Source: Chara braunii (Eukaryota > Plantae > Charophyceae). From it: 64,000 nucleotides of DNA. The position numbers and the translations under genes are program-made. Location: assembly GCA_003427395.1 (NCBI GenBank), contig BFEA01000031.1:1570138-1634137 (forward strand), read 5' to 3'. This document shows positions 38,855 through 49,726 of the stretch, piece by piece (positions within the stretch are counted from its first letter, which is position 1; each line of letters begins with the position of its first letter). The notes below the pieces were generated by a model, which had not been told where the DNA came from, ran no database searches, and worked only from the letters and a program-made list of their open reading frames with translations.

Positions 38855-39027
38855 GGGCCTCGCCGCACCACTCACCAAACTCCAACATTCTGAATGAATC
38901 TCTACAGAGTTTTGTTCCTGGTACATTCAGGATGTCGGCATTTGGCGAGTGGTGAATGAATTTCTACAGAGTTTTGTTCCTGGCACATTGAGGATATTGG
39001 CATTTGGCTAGTGGTGCGGCGAGGCCC
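38855..39027. mobile_element. Harbinger-like MITE
   Basis: TIRs GGGCCTCGCCGCACCACT / AGTGGTGCGGCGAGGCCC, 3-bp TSD AGA, internal ~60-bp tandem duplication. Confidence 0.85.
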
Positions 39028-39115
39028 AGAGAAGGGGCGGAAGAAGAAGGGGAGGGGGAATGAACGGAAAGGAAGTTCACCCTTTGTTTCCTTGTTTCTG
39101 TTTTTTTTTTTTTTT

Positions 39116-39367
39116 GGAAAATTTGTCTGGCGCCCCTGTAACTTCCATGCGGCGCTTCGACGGACCAGGTACCCTGTCGTGCTCCTGGGGCCTCTGACAG
39201 CAAAGGCGCAGCTTTCTGTGGTGCCCTTACTGGAAGGCCAGTCCCATTTCATTGGTCCCTGCGCGATATTCCCTCATAAGCGGCATGGATCTCTCCGTCA
39301 TGCCCTTGCGCCTGAAATTCGGATTTGAACCGCGTGCTTTTTGTGGCGCTGCTGCAAAAAATGACGA

Positions 39368-39433
<66 letters not shown>

Positions 39434-39539
39434 GTNNNNNNNNNNNNNNNNNNNNNNNNNNNNNNNNNNNNNNNNNNNNNNNNNNNNNNNNNNNNNNNNN
39501 NNNNNNNNNNNNNNNNNNNNNNNNNNNNNNNNNNNNNNT

Positions 39540-39629
<90 letters not shown>

Positions 39630-39897
39630 TGAAGTGGCTGCCATGCGTGTAGCCGTAGAGGTGAGCTGAAAAGATGCACCCTACTGGTAGGGGCATATGC
39701 AATTTTTGTGTGCTGGTACCCGACAAAGTTGGAAGGGGTACCGATAGGGGCATAACAAAAATATTTCAGGCCCAACCGACACCGGGGTTTTATGGAAAAT
39801 TTGAATCGTGGTCAGAGGAAGGAGACATGGGCAATTGGCCTTGGGAGGGGTGTGATGCAAAATAATGGAAATTATAGGGGTGCCAGACAAATTTTCC
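39116..39897. mobile_element. TIR element (Mutator-like MITE) inserted in poly-T
   Basis: 33-bp TIRs GGAAAATTTGTCTGGC(G/A)CCCCT(G/A)TAA(C/T)TTCCAT. Runs of at least 9 T on both sides are compatible with a 9-bp TSD. Confidence 0.75.
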
Positions 39898-39957
39898 TTT
39901 TTTTTTTTGTTTTTTTAATTTTTTTTCCCTTCCCCTCCCCCCCCCTCCCCTTTCTTA

Positions 39958-40032
39958 CGAAGTGCAATGGGAACCCTGCAACCTAGGCCATCCGCCTTCG
40001 TGACCATGGATGTGCCCCGCCCGGGTAAGTAT
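39958..40032 (-). ncRNA. U1: U1 snRNA 5' half (3'-truncated pseudogene)
   Basis: Minus strand ATACTTACCCGGGCGGGG...GGTCACGAAG...GGCCTAGG...CCATTGCACTTCG gives the splice-donor-pairing 5' end, a U1-70K-like loop I and the U1A loop ATTGCAC. No Sm site or stem IV follows. Confidence 0.8.
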
Positions 40033-40652
40033 TGTTTTTTTTTTGTTTTTTTGTTTGTTTTTTTTTTCCGGTCTTCTCCTGATCCGGGGACAGATATATG
40101 TATATTTTCTCTCACCTCACACATCTTTTAACTGGCGTTCTGCCATGTCATGGAACATATCCTTTTTTCTTTCACTACCTACCTACCACTACTCCTAAGG
40201 CTATATGGGGGACCGTTGCAAGCATAGCTTTCCACCTCGCTTCGGTGAAGGGAGGTTACCTCTCTCGGTGGAGGGAGGTCACGGCAAGTATTGTTTGCTG
40301 TTTTCTGTTTTCTTTTCTTTCTTTTTTCTTTTCTTTTTTTCTTTTTTTCACTTTTTTACTGTGATCTTAGCCGAGGCCGCTGGGTGACTGTTTTTCGAAC
40401 CCTTGCGAGATGGCCACTAGGGGTCTACATGACACAAGGGTCAATGCTCTCACCCTCGAGAGCATGACGCATACCATGTAGTCAGTTCGTCGTTGCATGC
40501 ATGCTGCAGGAGAACACGTGGAAATCCTCCTTCCACACAATAATTGTTTCTTGTTCTGTAACGACCGTAGGGTTGCAAAAAAAAAAAAAAAGGGGAGGGG
40601 GGTGCAATAAGTTATCTGAGGAGGGATGCGCCATTAGTGTTTGGAAAGCCAT

Positions 40653-40694
<42 letters not shown>

Positions 40695-40695
40695 N

Positions 40696-40780
<85 letters not shown>

Positions 40781-41577
40781 TATATATATACATAAATAAT
40801 ATTATATATATATGACATTACTGCAGAACTCCTTGTGTGCAGAACCGTCGATGGGAAAACAGGTGTGTACATAATGCAGTGGCAATGGGCTTCACCCCGT
40901 GTACGATTCACCACAGCACCCCATTTCCCTTCTTCTTTTCTGCCTTTTTTCTGGTGTTTAGTATTCTTTAGGTTTCTTTTGTTTTCTTTCGAGAAGTTTT
41001 GACTGTTTTCCTTTTTCTCCCTTTCCCTTTTTCTTTTTCTTTCTTTTTGTGTCTTTCTTGTGTTCGTTTCGGAGGTAGGTAGGAACATAGCTTGGAGTGA
41101 ATAGGTTTGTGGCGGAATGGTGTAGGTGATGGAACAGATACTGGCATCTCTTTTATGGGATGCTGGCCCTGCTGGGTCTGTTTCCCAAGGGGAGGGGGGG
41201 GGGAGGAGATATACTCAGTTTACATTTGTAGGAAGTGTTGGTATTGTTTGATTGTGGGGTAGCATAGACTACTGTAGATTCAATTTGGTGCTCGTAATGT
41301 TAGAATAAACTGTAGAACTGATAGAGCAGAAGATGAGAAGAAGGATTGTAGTCGCTGAAACAGTCATGGCATGAGCTTTGCCTGCCCGGAGAGCCTCTCT
41401 CAGCTCATAGCTGCGGCGACTCTTGTAAGGGGCGCGGGGCCCGCCGGCCTGGTTCCCGGCTTTCATATCAAATAAAGATTGATCCTTTTTTGGGAAAAAA
41501 AAAAGAAACAAAGAAAACGTTGGCGGGCTGCTGCATGCTGTGGGACACCAAGCGTTAAACCCCCTTCCACAGAATAA

Positions 41578-41698
41578 GGGCCTCGCCACACCACTCTCGA
41601 AAAGTGAAAAAGACAAAAATGTGGTGGGTGCATCTGGCCATGTTCTATTACGAAGTTCATTCTCATTCTGCACATTTTGAGAGTGGTGTGGGATGCTC
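41578..41698. mobile_element. Short Harbinger-like MITE
   Basis: Left TIR identical to that at 35035, degenerate right TIR, TAA on both flanks. Confidence 0.65.
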
Positions 41699-41849
41699 TA
41701 ACTGTTTCCTTCTAGATGTTGTTATGCTGGATCAGTGCTATGATTGTGCAGATCGTCACCGAAAAAGGCATTCAGTTGTTGTACGATCATTATGGATATC
41801 TTACATTAGACCCTGGAGAAAGATGGTGGCATTAACCTTGCAGACTTCT

Positions 41850-41883
<34 letters not shown>

Positions 41884-42299
41884 AAAACCACAGGCTTTTG
41901 CAGATTCCTCGTAATGCTATACTGACAATATTCCCCGTGATGCTATACTGACAATATTCCCCGTAATGTTATACTGACAATAAAAAAGGCCCGAGAGGCC
42001 GTCCTGTCCTGATTCGACAGGTAATTGAATTGGTTGGGCATAAAAGAGAGTAGCAGCTTCTCCAGAGCGAGTTAATTCCATGTCTTTTTTTTTTTTTTTC
42101 TTTTTTTTTTAATTTTAATCAGAACAACCCAAGGTGGTGGTAGGGGTGCTGATAAGAGCAGACACCACTCTGGTTACACTCCATTTGTGATTGAGCATGA
42201 CAGGCACGGCGCTTGCTGCCTTCCTATCGTGTTTTATTCTGAGCATGGTGCACCAATGTGCAAGGCATCCATCTGAGGTTACCAACCGTCGTCCTCGTG

Positions 42300-43860
42300 A
42301 CTGATGCATAAGATGTCCAGTAAGCCATCAGATGTGCAGGGGGGGGTGATCATGGACGACAAGCTCTTATGGGCAGGGATTGAGGGGTGAAGGAGGAGCT
42401 CAGGGGTGGGGATCAAGGGATGGAGGAGGAGCTCGGGGGTGGGGATTGACGGATGGCAGGCTCGCATGATTGAGTTGTGGAGCATCGTCTGTGGGGCCCC
42501 CAGATGTGGGAGGTTGGTTAGAGCGAGTACCTGGAGTCCGTGGCGACAGCGAAGCTGACTGAGATTCCGAGTGCAAGCGGGACAAAGGGGAAGATAGGGG
42601 GACTAGAGAAAGGGCGAACCCTTCTTTGTCCAAGCTCGGCAAGGGAACAAAGAGGGGCGGTGTTGGAGGGCGCGGTGTACCGGCCCTCCACGATGTACCT
42701 AGCACACCTTGCCCACGAGCCTCCGTGGTGTACCAGGCATGTCCAGATTGTGTCCTGCTCCTGGACAGGTCCCCGGCTGACGCTCCCATAACAAAAGGGT
42801 GGAGGTGCGCCACTGGACTTTCCTTTGGTCCATGCGCTCTCAGCGCCCTGCTCTACAGCAGAGCACAACTGGGCGTGCTTGTGGTAGCCGCCACGATCGC
42901 CCGGGGACATGGAGGGGGCAGGTCTGGCGCAGTCTTTTCAGTTGCGCGCCAAGACTCTCAAGTCAAGTTATGGGACAGGTACTCTGACAACTGTCACAAT
43001 AAAAGAAAGGAAAAGAGAAAAATGAAAGAAAAGAAAAAAGAGAAAGTGGAATGCCATTTTGATTTGCGTTTATCTGGAGCGCAGCTTTAGTCTTAATTAA
43101 TCAGAAGGTCACTAATAACTGGCGACCCAATTTCAAATGCTAGGGAGATATCCCGGGCGCCGGGGGCCTGACGTCACGCCCGGCTTGGCAACTGAGTGAC
43201 CGGCCAGGTTTGAACCCAGGGCACGGGCCCGGGCAGCCCCAGCGCAAAAAAATAAAAAAATAATAAAAAACACCTGGAAAAATAAAATGTTGTGTAGAAT
43301 TGCAATACAAACAACTTCTGGCTGAGGGTCACATCAGAATTCCTCACGGAACTAAGGGTAAAAAAGAAAATAACCAAATCACACTAAGACACCCCCCTTT
43401 AAACCCCTTTAGCCTTTTTAAAACTCATTTATACCCCCCTTCCCCCCCTTGACAGCCAACGCTCAAAAGAAGAAAAGAGCCTGGGTTTGGGCTCCTCTCA
43501 GAGAGCGAGGAAAAAAACCACCACCATGTTTTTTTTTGTTTTTTTTCCCCCCCCAATGCCCGGGTATCCCAGGCGTCACGCCTGGGTGACTGGCCGGTCA
43601 TGAAAATCTTCAAATGAGAATTTCTTTCCTTTATTTTAAATTAATTGCTTTCTTTTATTTTAGTTCCCCTCTTGTGATTCTACAGGGGAACGAATGGTTC
43701 CTTCTAAAGTTTTAAAGCGAGCGGCCTAGACTGGCTGACCTCTCACAAATTTGTTCCGCCTAGTGAATGCGACCTACCAGGCGTTGTGGATTAAACTTCC
43801 AAAAGGAGGGTAACCTCGGCCGCATTGGTAGGAAGCTTATCACACCCCATGGAGCACGGG
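42300..43860 (+). mobile_element. Family A internal segment plus the first ~35 bp of the LTR-like unit (left limit approximate)
   Basis: 42800-42980 is homologous to 56020-56200. The junction AAAAGGAGGG...CGGCCGCAT|TGGTAGGAAGCTTATCAC at 43826 matches that at 56879. Confidence 0.6.
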
Positions 43861-46093
43861 TGTGACGCTCAACCTCACGCTCCGCGCTGCTTCCCGGTCG
43901 AAGCGTTTTGGTTTGCGGAAGGGCCTCGGGAGGACAGCGAAGATGGGGTGTGCCAAGGATTTTTGGAAAAGTTGAGTGTGGGGACACAGACGGAACTGAA
44001 ATCCCCCGTGTTGGTCCGACCTTAGTAAGAAGGAGGTCTGCCGCCGCGCGGGTTTAAGGGAGAAAAGGGCGCGCGCGGGACTTGCGGCTATGGGAAATTC
44101 AATCCAAAAAGTATCGCTGAACTTTCCAGCAAGCCGTCGCTCTTCGTTTCGTGTGAAAGGGGGCAGTGCACGCGTGGTATCCTGTTAACGGATGAGGTCT
44201 CATCGACGTTCGATACGCAACTCTGAATCCGATGTGGGGGGCTTCAATCGAGCAGCCCTCTCCTTATGCTCGTCCTCGCCACATGTGCGGCAGTGGAAAC
44301 CCTTGGCTCGGTAACGCTCAAAGCGGCGACAATCGCTGCACATAGTGTTAGGCCAATGAGGCTCCACGGGACGACGATCAACTCATTAAATGACAACAAC
44401 AACGAATAGGGCGGAAAGTGCGTATCAACAATAACAAAACCCGCACCAACGAATCCAAAACACCGATTTTTGGGAGAAAAGTAGTAGCGCCCTCAGATCT
44501 TGGCGACAACTTCTCGTACGTCCCGCTCGCATACACGTATCCTTTCCTCGTTGTACGGGAACGGGCTTGGCGGGGGCACGGGAAGTTGGCGCCCGGTTGG
44601 GTTGAGGCCGTCTGTCCCTATGACAACAAAAGCAAGCACAAAACAAATTTGTCTTAATCATACATCATTCGTTCGACACTCCAGGCAGCCAGATCGTCCA
44701 GTCAATCCGCCAATCATCCTCCCAATCATGCTATAACAAGCTTTCTAATACGACCCAATACATACACATATCAAAATGAGAGAAACAAAGTTACCATAAT
44801 TCATCCATTATAATATAACGTGACAGAATGAGAGAGTGAGGGAGAATAGACGCAGATCAAAGGGGAGGAACGAATATAAGGCAATGTCCGGCGATCTTGT
44901 CTAGGGAAATTCCGACTTAAAAGCCGATTAATCAGAACTCACGTTCGAAGATACAGATTTTGAGAACTTGTCACAAGCACTGACGATCCCGACCGTCACG
45001 TGCTAATCCACCATAGCGATCGTCACCCCGCCAACTTAGTCTACGCACGGTCTGCCCTGGATCCCACAGTTCGTCGGGCAATCCAGCGCTCCACCGCCAA
45101 GGCTACATTCAGCTCGTCGGGACTTTTCGACTCGCACCTTCTCACACACCGTCTAGCCATTGCCTCTCGAAAACTAGCTGATGAGTCGAGAGAGAGATTT
45201 TATGGGGCGCTTTATAGCTGCGGAAAAGGAGATAGACATTAGGAAGGGTTAGGACTGAGGCGGGGAGGGGCAGAGGGAAGTTCGGGGATAATCGTTGAAA
45301 GCCATGTCGATCCTTCGAAGGTCAGTCGTAGCCAATCAGAATCGTCGTGTATCAGGAATTTCCTTCTAACACGGTGCGTCGGCTAGAAGGAAGCAAGAGG
45401 GAGTCGACAAAGTATTTCGGCGCGAGGATTGGAGCGGGAAGAAGAAAAGCGCGAAAGATAGCACGAAACGGAACCGAGATTCAGACGATCAAGAAAGAGA
45501 AAAGGCGTGCGAGGCGAAGGAGAGATCGAAAACGGTTATAGAGAAAGAAGGAGCTTGAGCGCGAAGAAGAGAGTGTTGAAGGTAGCGAGGGAAGAGGGGA
45601 GGGGAGGTTCGCATGCATGACGCCGATGCAAAAAAAAGCACCGAAACAGTTACAACTAGTTCAAAACTGAAAAGTACCATATCTGCGCGTAGGGCGAGTG
45701 TAGGAAAGAGTCCTATACCCATTCAGATTCCTACAAAAAAATTCCGGAGTTTTCAAAGACGAAGTCGAGAACATTCATACACAAGAAAGGACACGTCAGG
45801 TTCCTCTCATTCTAGAATTCCTAACTGTCGACCCAAATTCCTAGCGCGCTTGCTAAGGCGAGCATAATTCCCATGTCTTTCCCGAATTGCGAAAAAATGA
45901 AATTCCAAAAGTCGATCAAAAAAACATTGCCGAAGGTTCAAAGAGGGACGGGCTTCCTTTATTACGAACAATGCACCTTACTTCATGGAAATACAAAAAG
46001 AGGCCCTGTTGGCCTGTTTGCAAGAACACCAAAATTCGAGAAAAAGGGGGGGGGGTTGGAAGATGGCGCATGCCCAGAGGCTGGCGCGTCACA
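43861..46093 (-). mobile_element. Probable 3' LTR (2.2 kb) of a Gypsy element
   Basis: 8-bp terminal inverted repeats TGTGACGC...GCGTCACA, minus-strand TATAAA at 45216-45211, and position downstream of the integrase fragment. Confidence 0.65.
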
Positions 46094-46150
46094 CATGTGA
46101 CGCTCAGGGGGTTCCAAAATTATGTGATCTCTTGATTGCATGCACGAAAG

Positions 46151-48259
46151 CTAGTTTACATGGCAGAGGGGGAAGGAGGAGGTGAGGAGATGAATGAGGA
46201 ACCCAATGTATCGGAACGAACAAAATCTTGTAGAAGCATCAGATCGGGCCGGGGGCCATGTTGACGGCAACTTCAATTGCAATATCTTCACGAATTTGTC
46301 GGCTCCAGGATTTCGGGATCTTCTACCAGCCCTGTCATGTGCAGTTCCCTGCTTCTTTGATCGGCGGTGGTTGTGCCGGATCTTGCCTGGTTCTGCTTCA
46401 TCACTGGGAGTTCGCTCGGCGGTAGTTGACGAGGAGAGGTTTATGGAGTGGTCTAGGCTATTCAGCAGGGAGCGGAGGGAAGTAATCGGATGCTTCGTCA
46501 CCGAGATTGACAAAGTGGACGGTTTGGTGTGCTCGAGGGAATCGATGGTTGGGTCGGGAGAGGGAGAGGAGGTAGTCGGTATACAGGGTAGGGTTAGTGC
46601 GGAGGACATTATCGCGTAGGGACTCATAGTCCTCTACTATGGGAAAGGTTCCAAAGGTGATGCAGTACAACTTCATATGGTTGTACTGTCTCCAGGCAAC
46701 ACTGAAGAGAAGGATGTTGAGGGGGAAGGACAGGGAGTGATGAGGGAAGACTGTGCATAAGAGTCGTACTACAAAGTGGGGACAAAAGAGTTGGTTGGCG
46801 AAAATGCGGTAGTTTAGAGGGAACTCGATGTGGGGAAGAGGAAAAAAGGAGAGAGAATCAAGAGGGCGGCGGTAGATCGGACGAGGATGGAGCGCCCGTG
46901 CGGGGAGGAGGATGGGGACAAAGCACGGAGGGGGTGGAGGAGGGAGATGGGGAGCAGGAGCGGGGGTGCCGACGGGAGGATTTTGCGCCATCGTGTCGAC
47001 TGGCAGCGTCGGCAGGGACTTCGGGGTTCAGAGCAGATCCTCCCCGTGTAGCAGGTAAAGCTCGGGCCGGCGGGCCCCCCTGGGGCTCCGGTGCTGATGC
47101 CTCTTCTTCTTCTTTCGACGTTGATCTGGCTTCGGACTCTTCTTCTGTCGATAGACCTCCGATGGCTATGCGACCTGGATCGTCGTCCGATGACACCTCG
47201 CCATGTGTCTGGTGAGCGTTCCGGAATTCATTTAGATCGGAATTATCCAGTGCAAGATCGTCCAGGTCCAGGAAGCACCAAGCCGTGGGATCGTGATCGC
47301 TCAAATATTGACAGAAGTCGTTTGTGCAGTTCGCCCAAATTACTATTGGTGTCAACGTCCTTTCCAAAGTGACAGGTTCGGCCTGGTTGGGATCGCTCGG
47401 ATTGAAGGAGAATGTTTGTCGATAGATCGTCCACGAGCTGAGACAGAAACGTGAGAATCTCGTACGCAACAGTCGCTCTTCCGCCTTCAGCGATCTCCCC
47501 ACAAAGAAGTCTAAATAAAGTGCCACGAGTCTCCGTCTTCGTCGGCCACGCCTGAGCTAGCAGTAGCGAAATCTTGTTGTAGATCTCTAACTCCCGATTG
47601 CTATAGTACCGAGCCCAGTGACACCTCATTCTTAGCATGCACACACTGATCGATGCAAATTCAGTCCACTTGCGGAGGTAAAGAGGATGGAAGGGAGGGA
47701 TCCTGGAGGGGCGAATCTCCAAGGTTAGAAGGGGATCAGCCCAAGATGGTCAGAGAGTTGGAAGATCTGAGGAGAGGGAGAAGGTCGAGAAATGATTCAT
47801 CGGCGCAAAGGGTAGGTACGAAGAGGGGGAAGGGGATGAGCTGGGGGATCAGTGCTACTAGTTCGAAGAGAGAAGGTATCGATACACTCGGTTCCCACTA
47901 TTTGTCGGCCTGGTCGGGCTAGTCGCCGCTGTCTACTCGTAGAGGCTGGTGATCACTGCGTTGCGTTGCTGCAAGTGGACAGTGCATAGATCACCACTGA
48001 AGGCAAGGATCTCCGTTACATCGCTCTGGTTAGGCCGAGAGAATCGATCGAACGCCGAAACTTCCACTAGGATGGTTGTTGCTCCCCGCTCCGTTGAAAT
48101 CATCATTTCTACCGCCGCGCACCAAGCCCGGTGGCTAAACAGCTGAGCAAACCGGAGGAGATCGGGACTGAGACTAGGATGCGGGACTTGGCGAAACTGC
48201 AACAAAGGTCGAGGCTGAAGAAGTTGTGGGGGAAGGGCCGGATCGATGGCGAAACTCAT
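46151..48259 (-). pseudogene. Fragmented extra ORF between integrase and the 3' LTR
   Basis: Chain of same-strand ORF pieces (48259-47933, 47722-47243, 47526-46858, 46627-46151) with protein-like composition. No family recognised. Confidence 0.45.
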
Positions 48260-48319
48260 GGCGAAGACTGAGGAGAAGTGGTACCAGACGAAGGGGGGGA
48301 AACAAGATCCTCGTCTAGG

Positions 48320-48634
48320 CTAAAGAAAGTAGACGAAGGCGAGGTAGGAGGTATGGCGGACGATAGGAATAGAGCTATGGCTGGCACCGGTCTCAGGAGC
48401 GATGTGCGCAGTATTGGCTCCGTTAGGGTCGAGTTCCACTACTTGAAAACAACCAGAAAACTTGGGAGCGAGTTTCCGGTCGCGTGCACATTTACGTACC
48501 GGCACTAGGTCCCCTAATTTATACTGGTGCTGTGGGCCTACATTCCCATTCCAGGCCTCGTAACTATGGACCTGCCTACCGTGGGCCAGTTCGGTAATTT
48601 CCTGCCTTTTTCGGGCTAACCGCCTTATCCACAT
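48320..48634 (-). pseudogene. pol: Ty3/Gypsy integrase C-terminal (GPY/F module) fragment
   Basis: QYKLGDLVPVRKCARDRKLAPKFSGCFQVVE fits the F/YxxGDxV...KLxPK(W/F)xGP(Y/F)xV motif. It is cut off at 48635. Confidence 0.8.
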
Positions 48635-49236
48635 TGGTAGGAAGCTTATCACCCCCCATGGAGGGTCATAAACCCCCTCCTTACCATCGGACACAGACCC
48701 CTATTAGTAGTAGTCAAATCGTCCCCTTTCAAAGGAGGGAGGTCATCAGTTGGAGCTCCATTATGGGATCACATTGCGCGCCGAGCCTGATGTCTCTTCA
48801 AGTCTAGTTGAAAAGACAGCAGGGGTAGATCATAGGGGTGCACCTATGTAGTGACCATTGAAATTTTATTTCGGGCTGCGTTACTTAGCTAACTAGTGGC
48901 TAACAATTTCTTTCATTTTATTATACTTTTATCTTAATTTTCATATTATTCTTACCTTATTGAATTGAAAACATCAAAGCCTCTTAATTAAAACGCAGGG
49001 GCAGCGACACCTTCAAATTTTATAAGAAGGTGGCCGCTCATATATTCACCTATTGGTCGAAGGGTATGCACGTGGGCTTATGCTGCCAGTGCCTGCCACC
49101 ACATTGTTTTGTACATCAAGATAGCAGTGTTGAGGTGCGAGGTGCTTAGTCCACGACTGTCTGAGTTTAGTAGTCCAGTAGCTTATGCGCGTGGTGAGTC
49201 TGAAGTGAAGAGTTAGGCACTGACTATTCTATAGTC

Positions 49237-49726
49237 ATGGCTTATTGTGGTGGTCTCCACTACTACAGGACTAGACACTTTAAGTGTTTTTGGAGCTGGG
49301 AACCTAAGGGCGAAGAGGGAGTTGTAGTGGACGCTAGCTTGAACTACAGTAAGTATGGCAGGCTAGTGAAATTGAGAATTAATGTTTATGGTGACAAGGA
49401 ACATGAGATGAGGGAGGATGTAGCTGTGCAAGGGGCAGTTACCGAGGCTCGAAAACCGGGCTGAGTGGAGGTGCAAACGTGACGGTTTGACCACTGCGCT
49501 CCAGACTACCATTACCTACCATGAAAAGGAGACCTCTACTAGGATTACCGAACGAGAACAACAACGGCTGGATCGAGACTCAAAGGCGAAGTCCGAAGCC
49601 AATGATGCGGAAACCCAGTCTTGGCATGGATGGGATCAATGGCAGAGAGACCACCCGCCAACCGAGTCGTGGAGGATGGTCCAGAGGCTAGTTCACGGCC
49701 ACAAAAATGACATTGAGAGTGCATAA
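49237..49726 (+). pseudogene. Family A ORF-A, frameshifted
   Basis: KLRINVYGDKEHEMRED...QGAVTEAR / TALQTTITYHEKETS aligns with 57480-57947. Confidence 0.7.
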
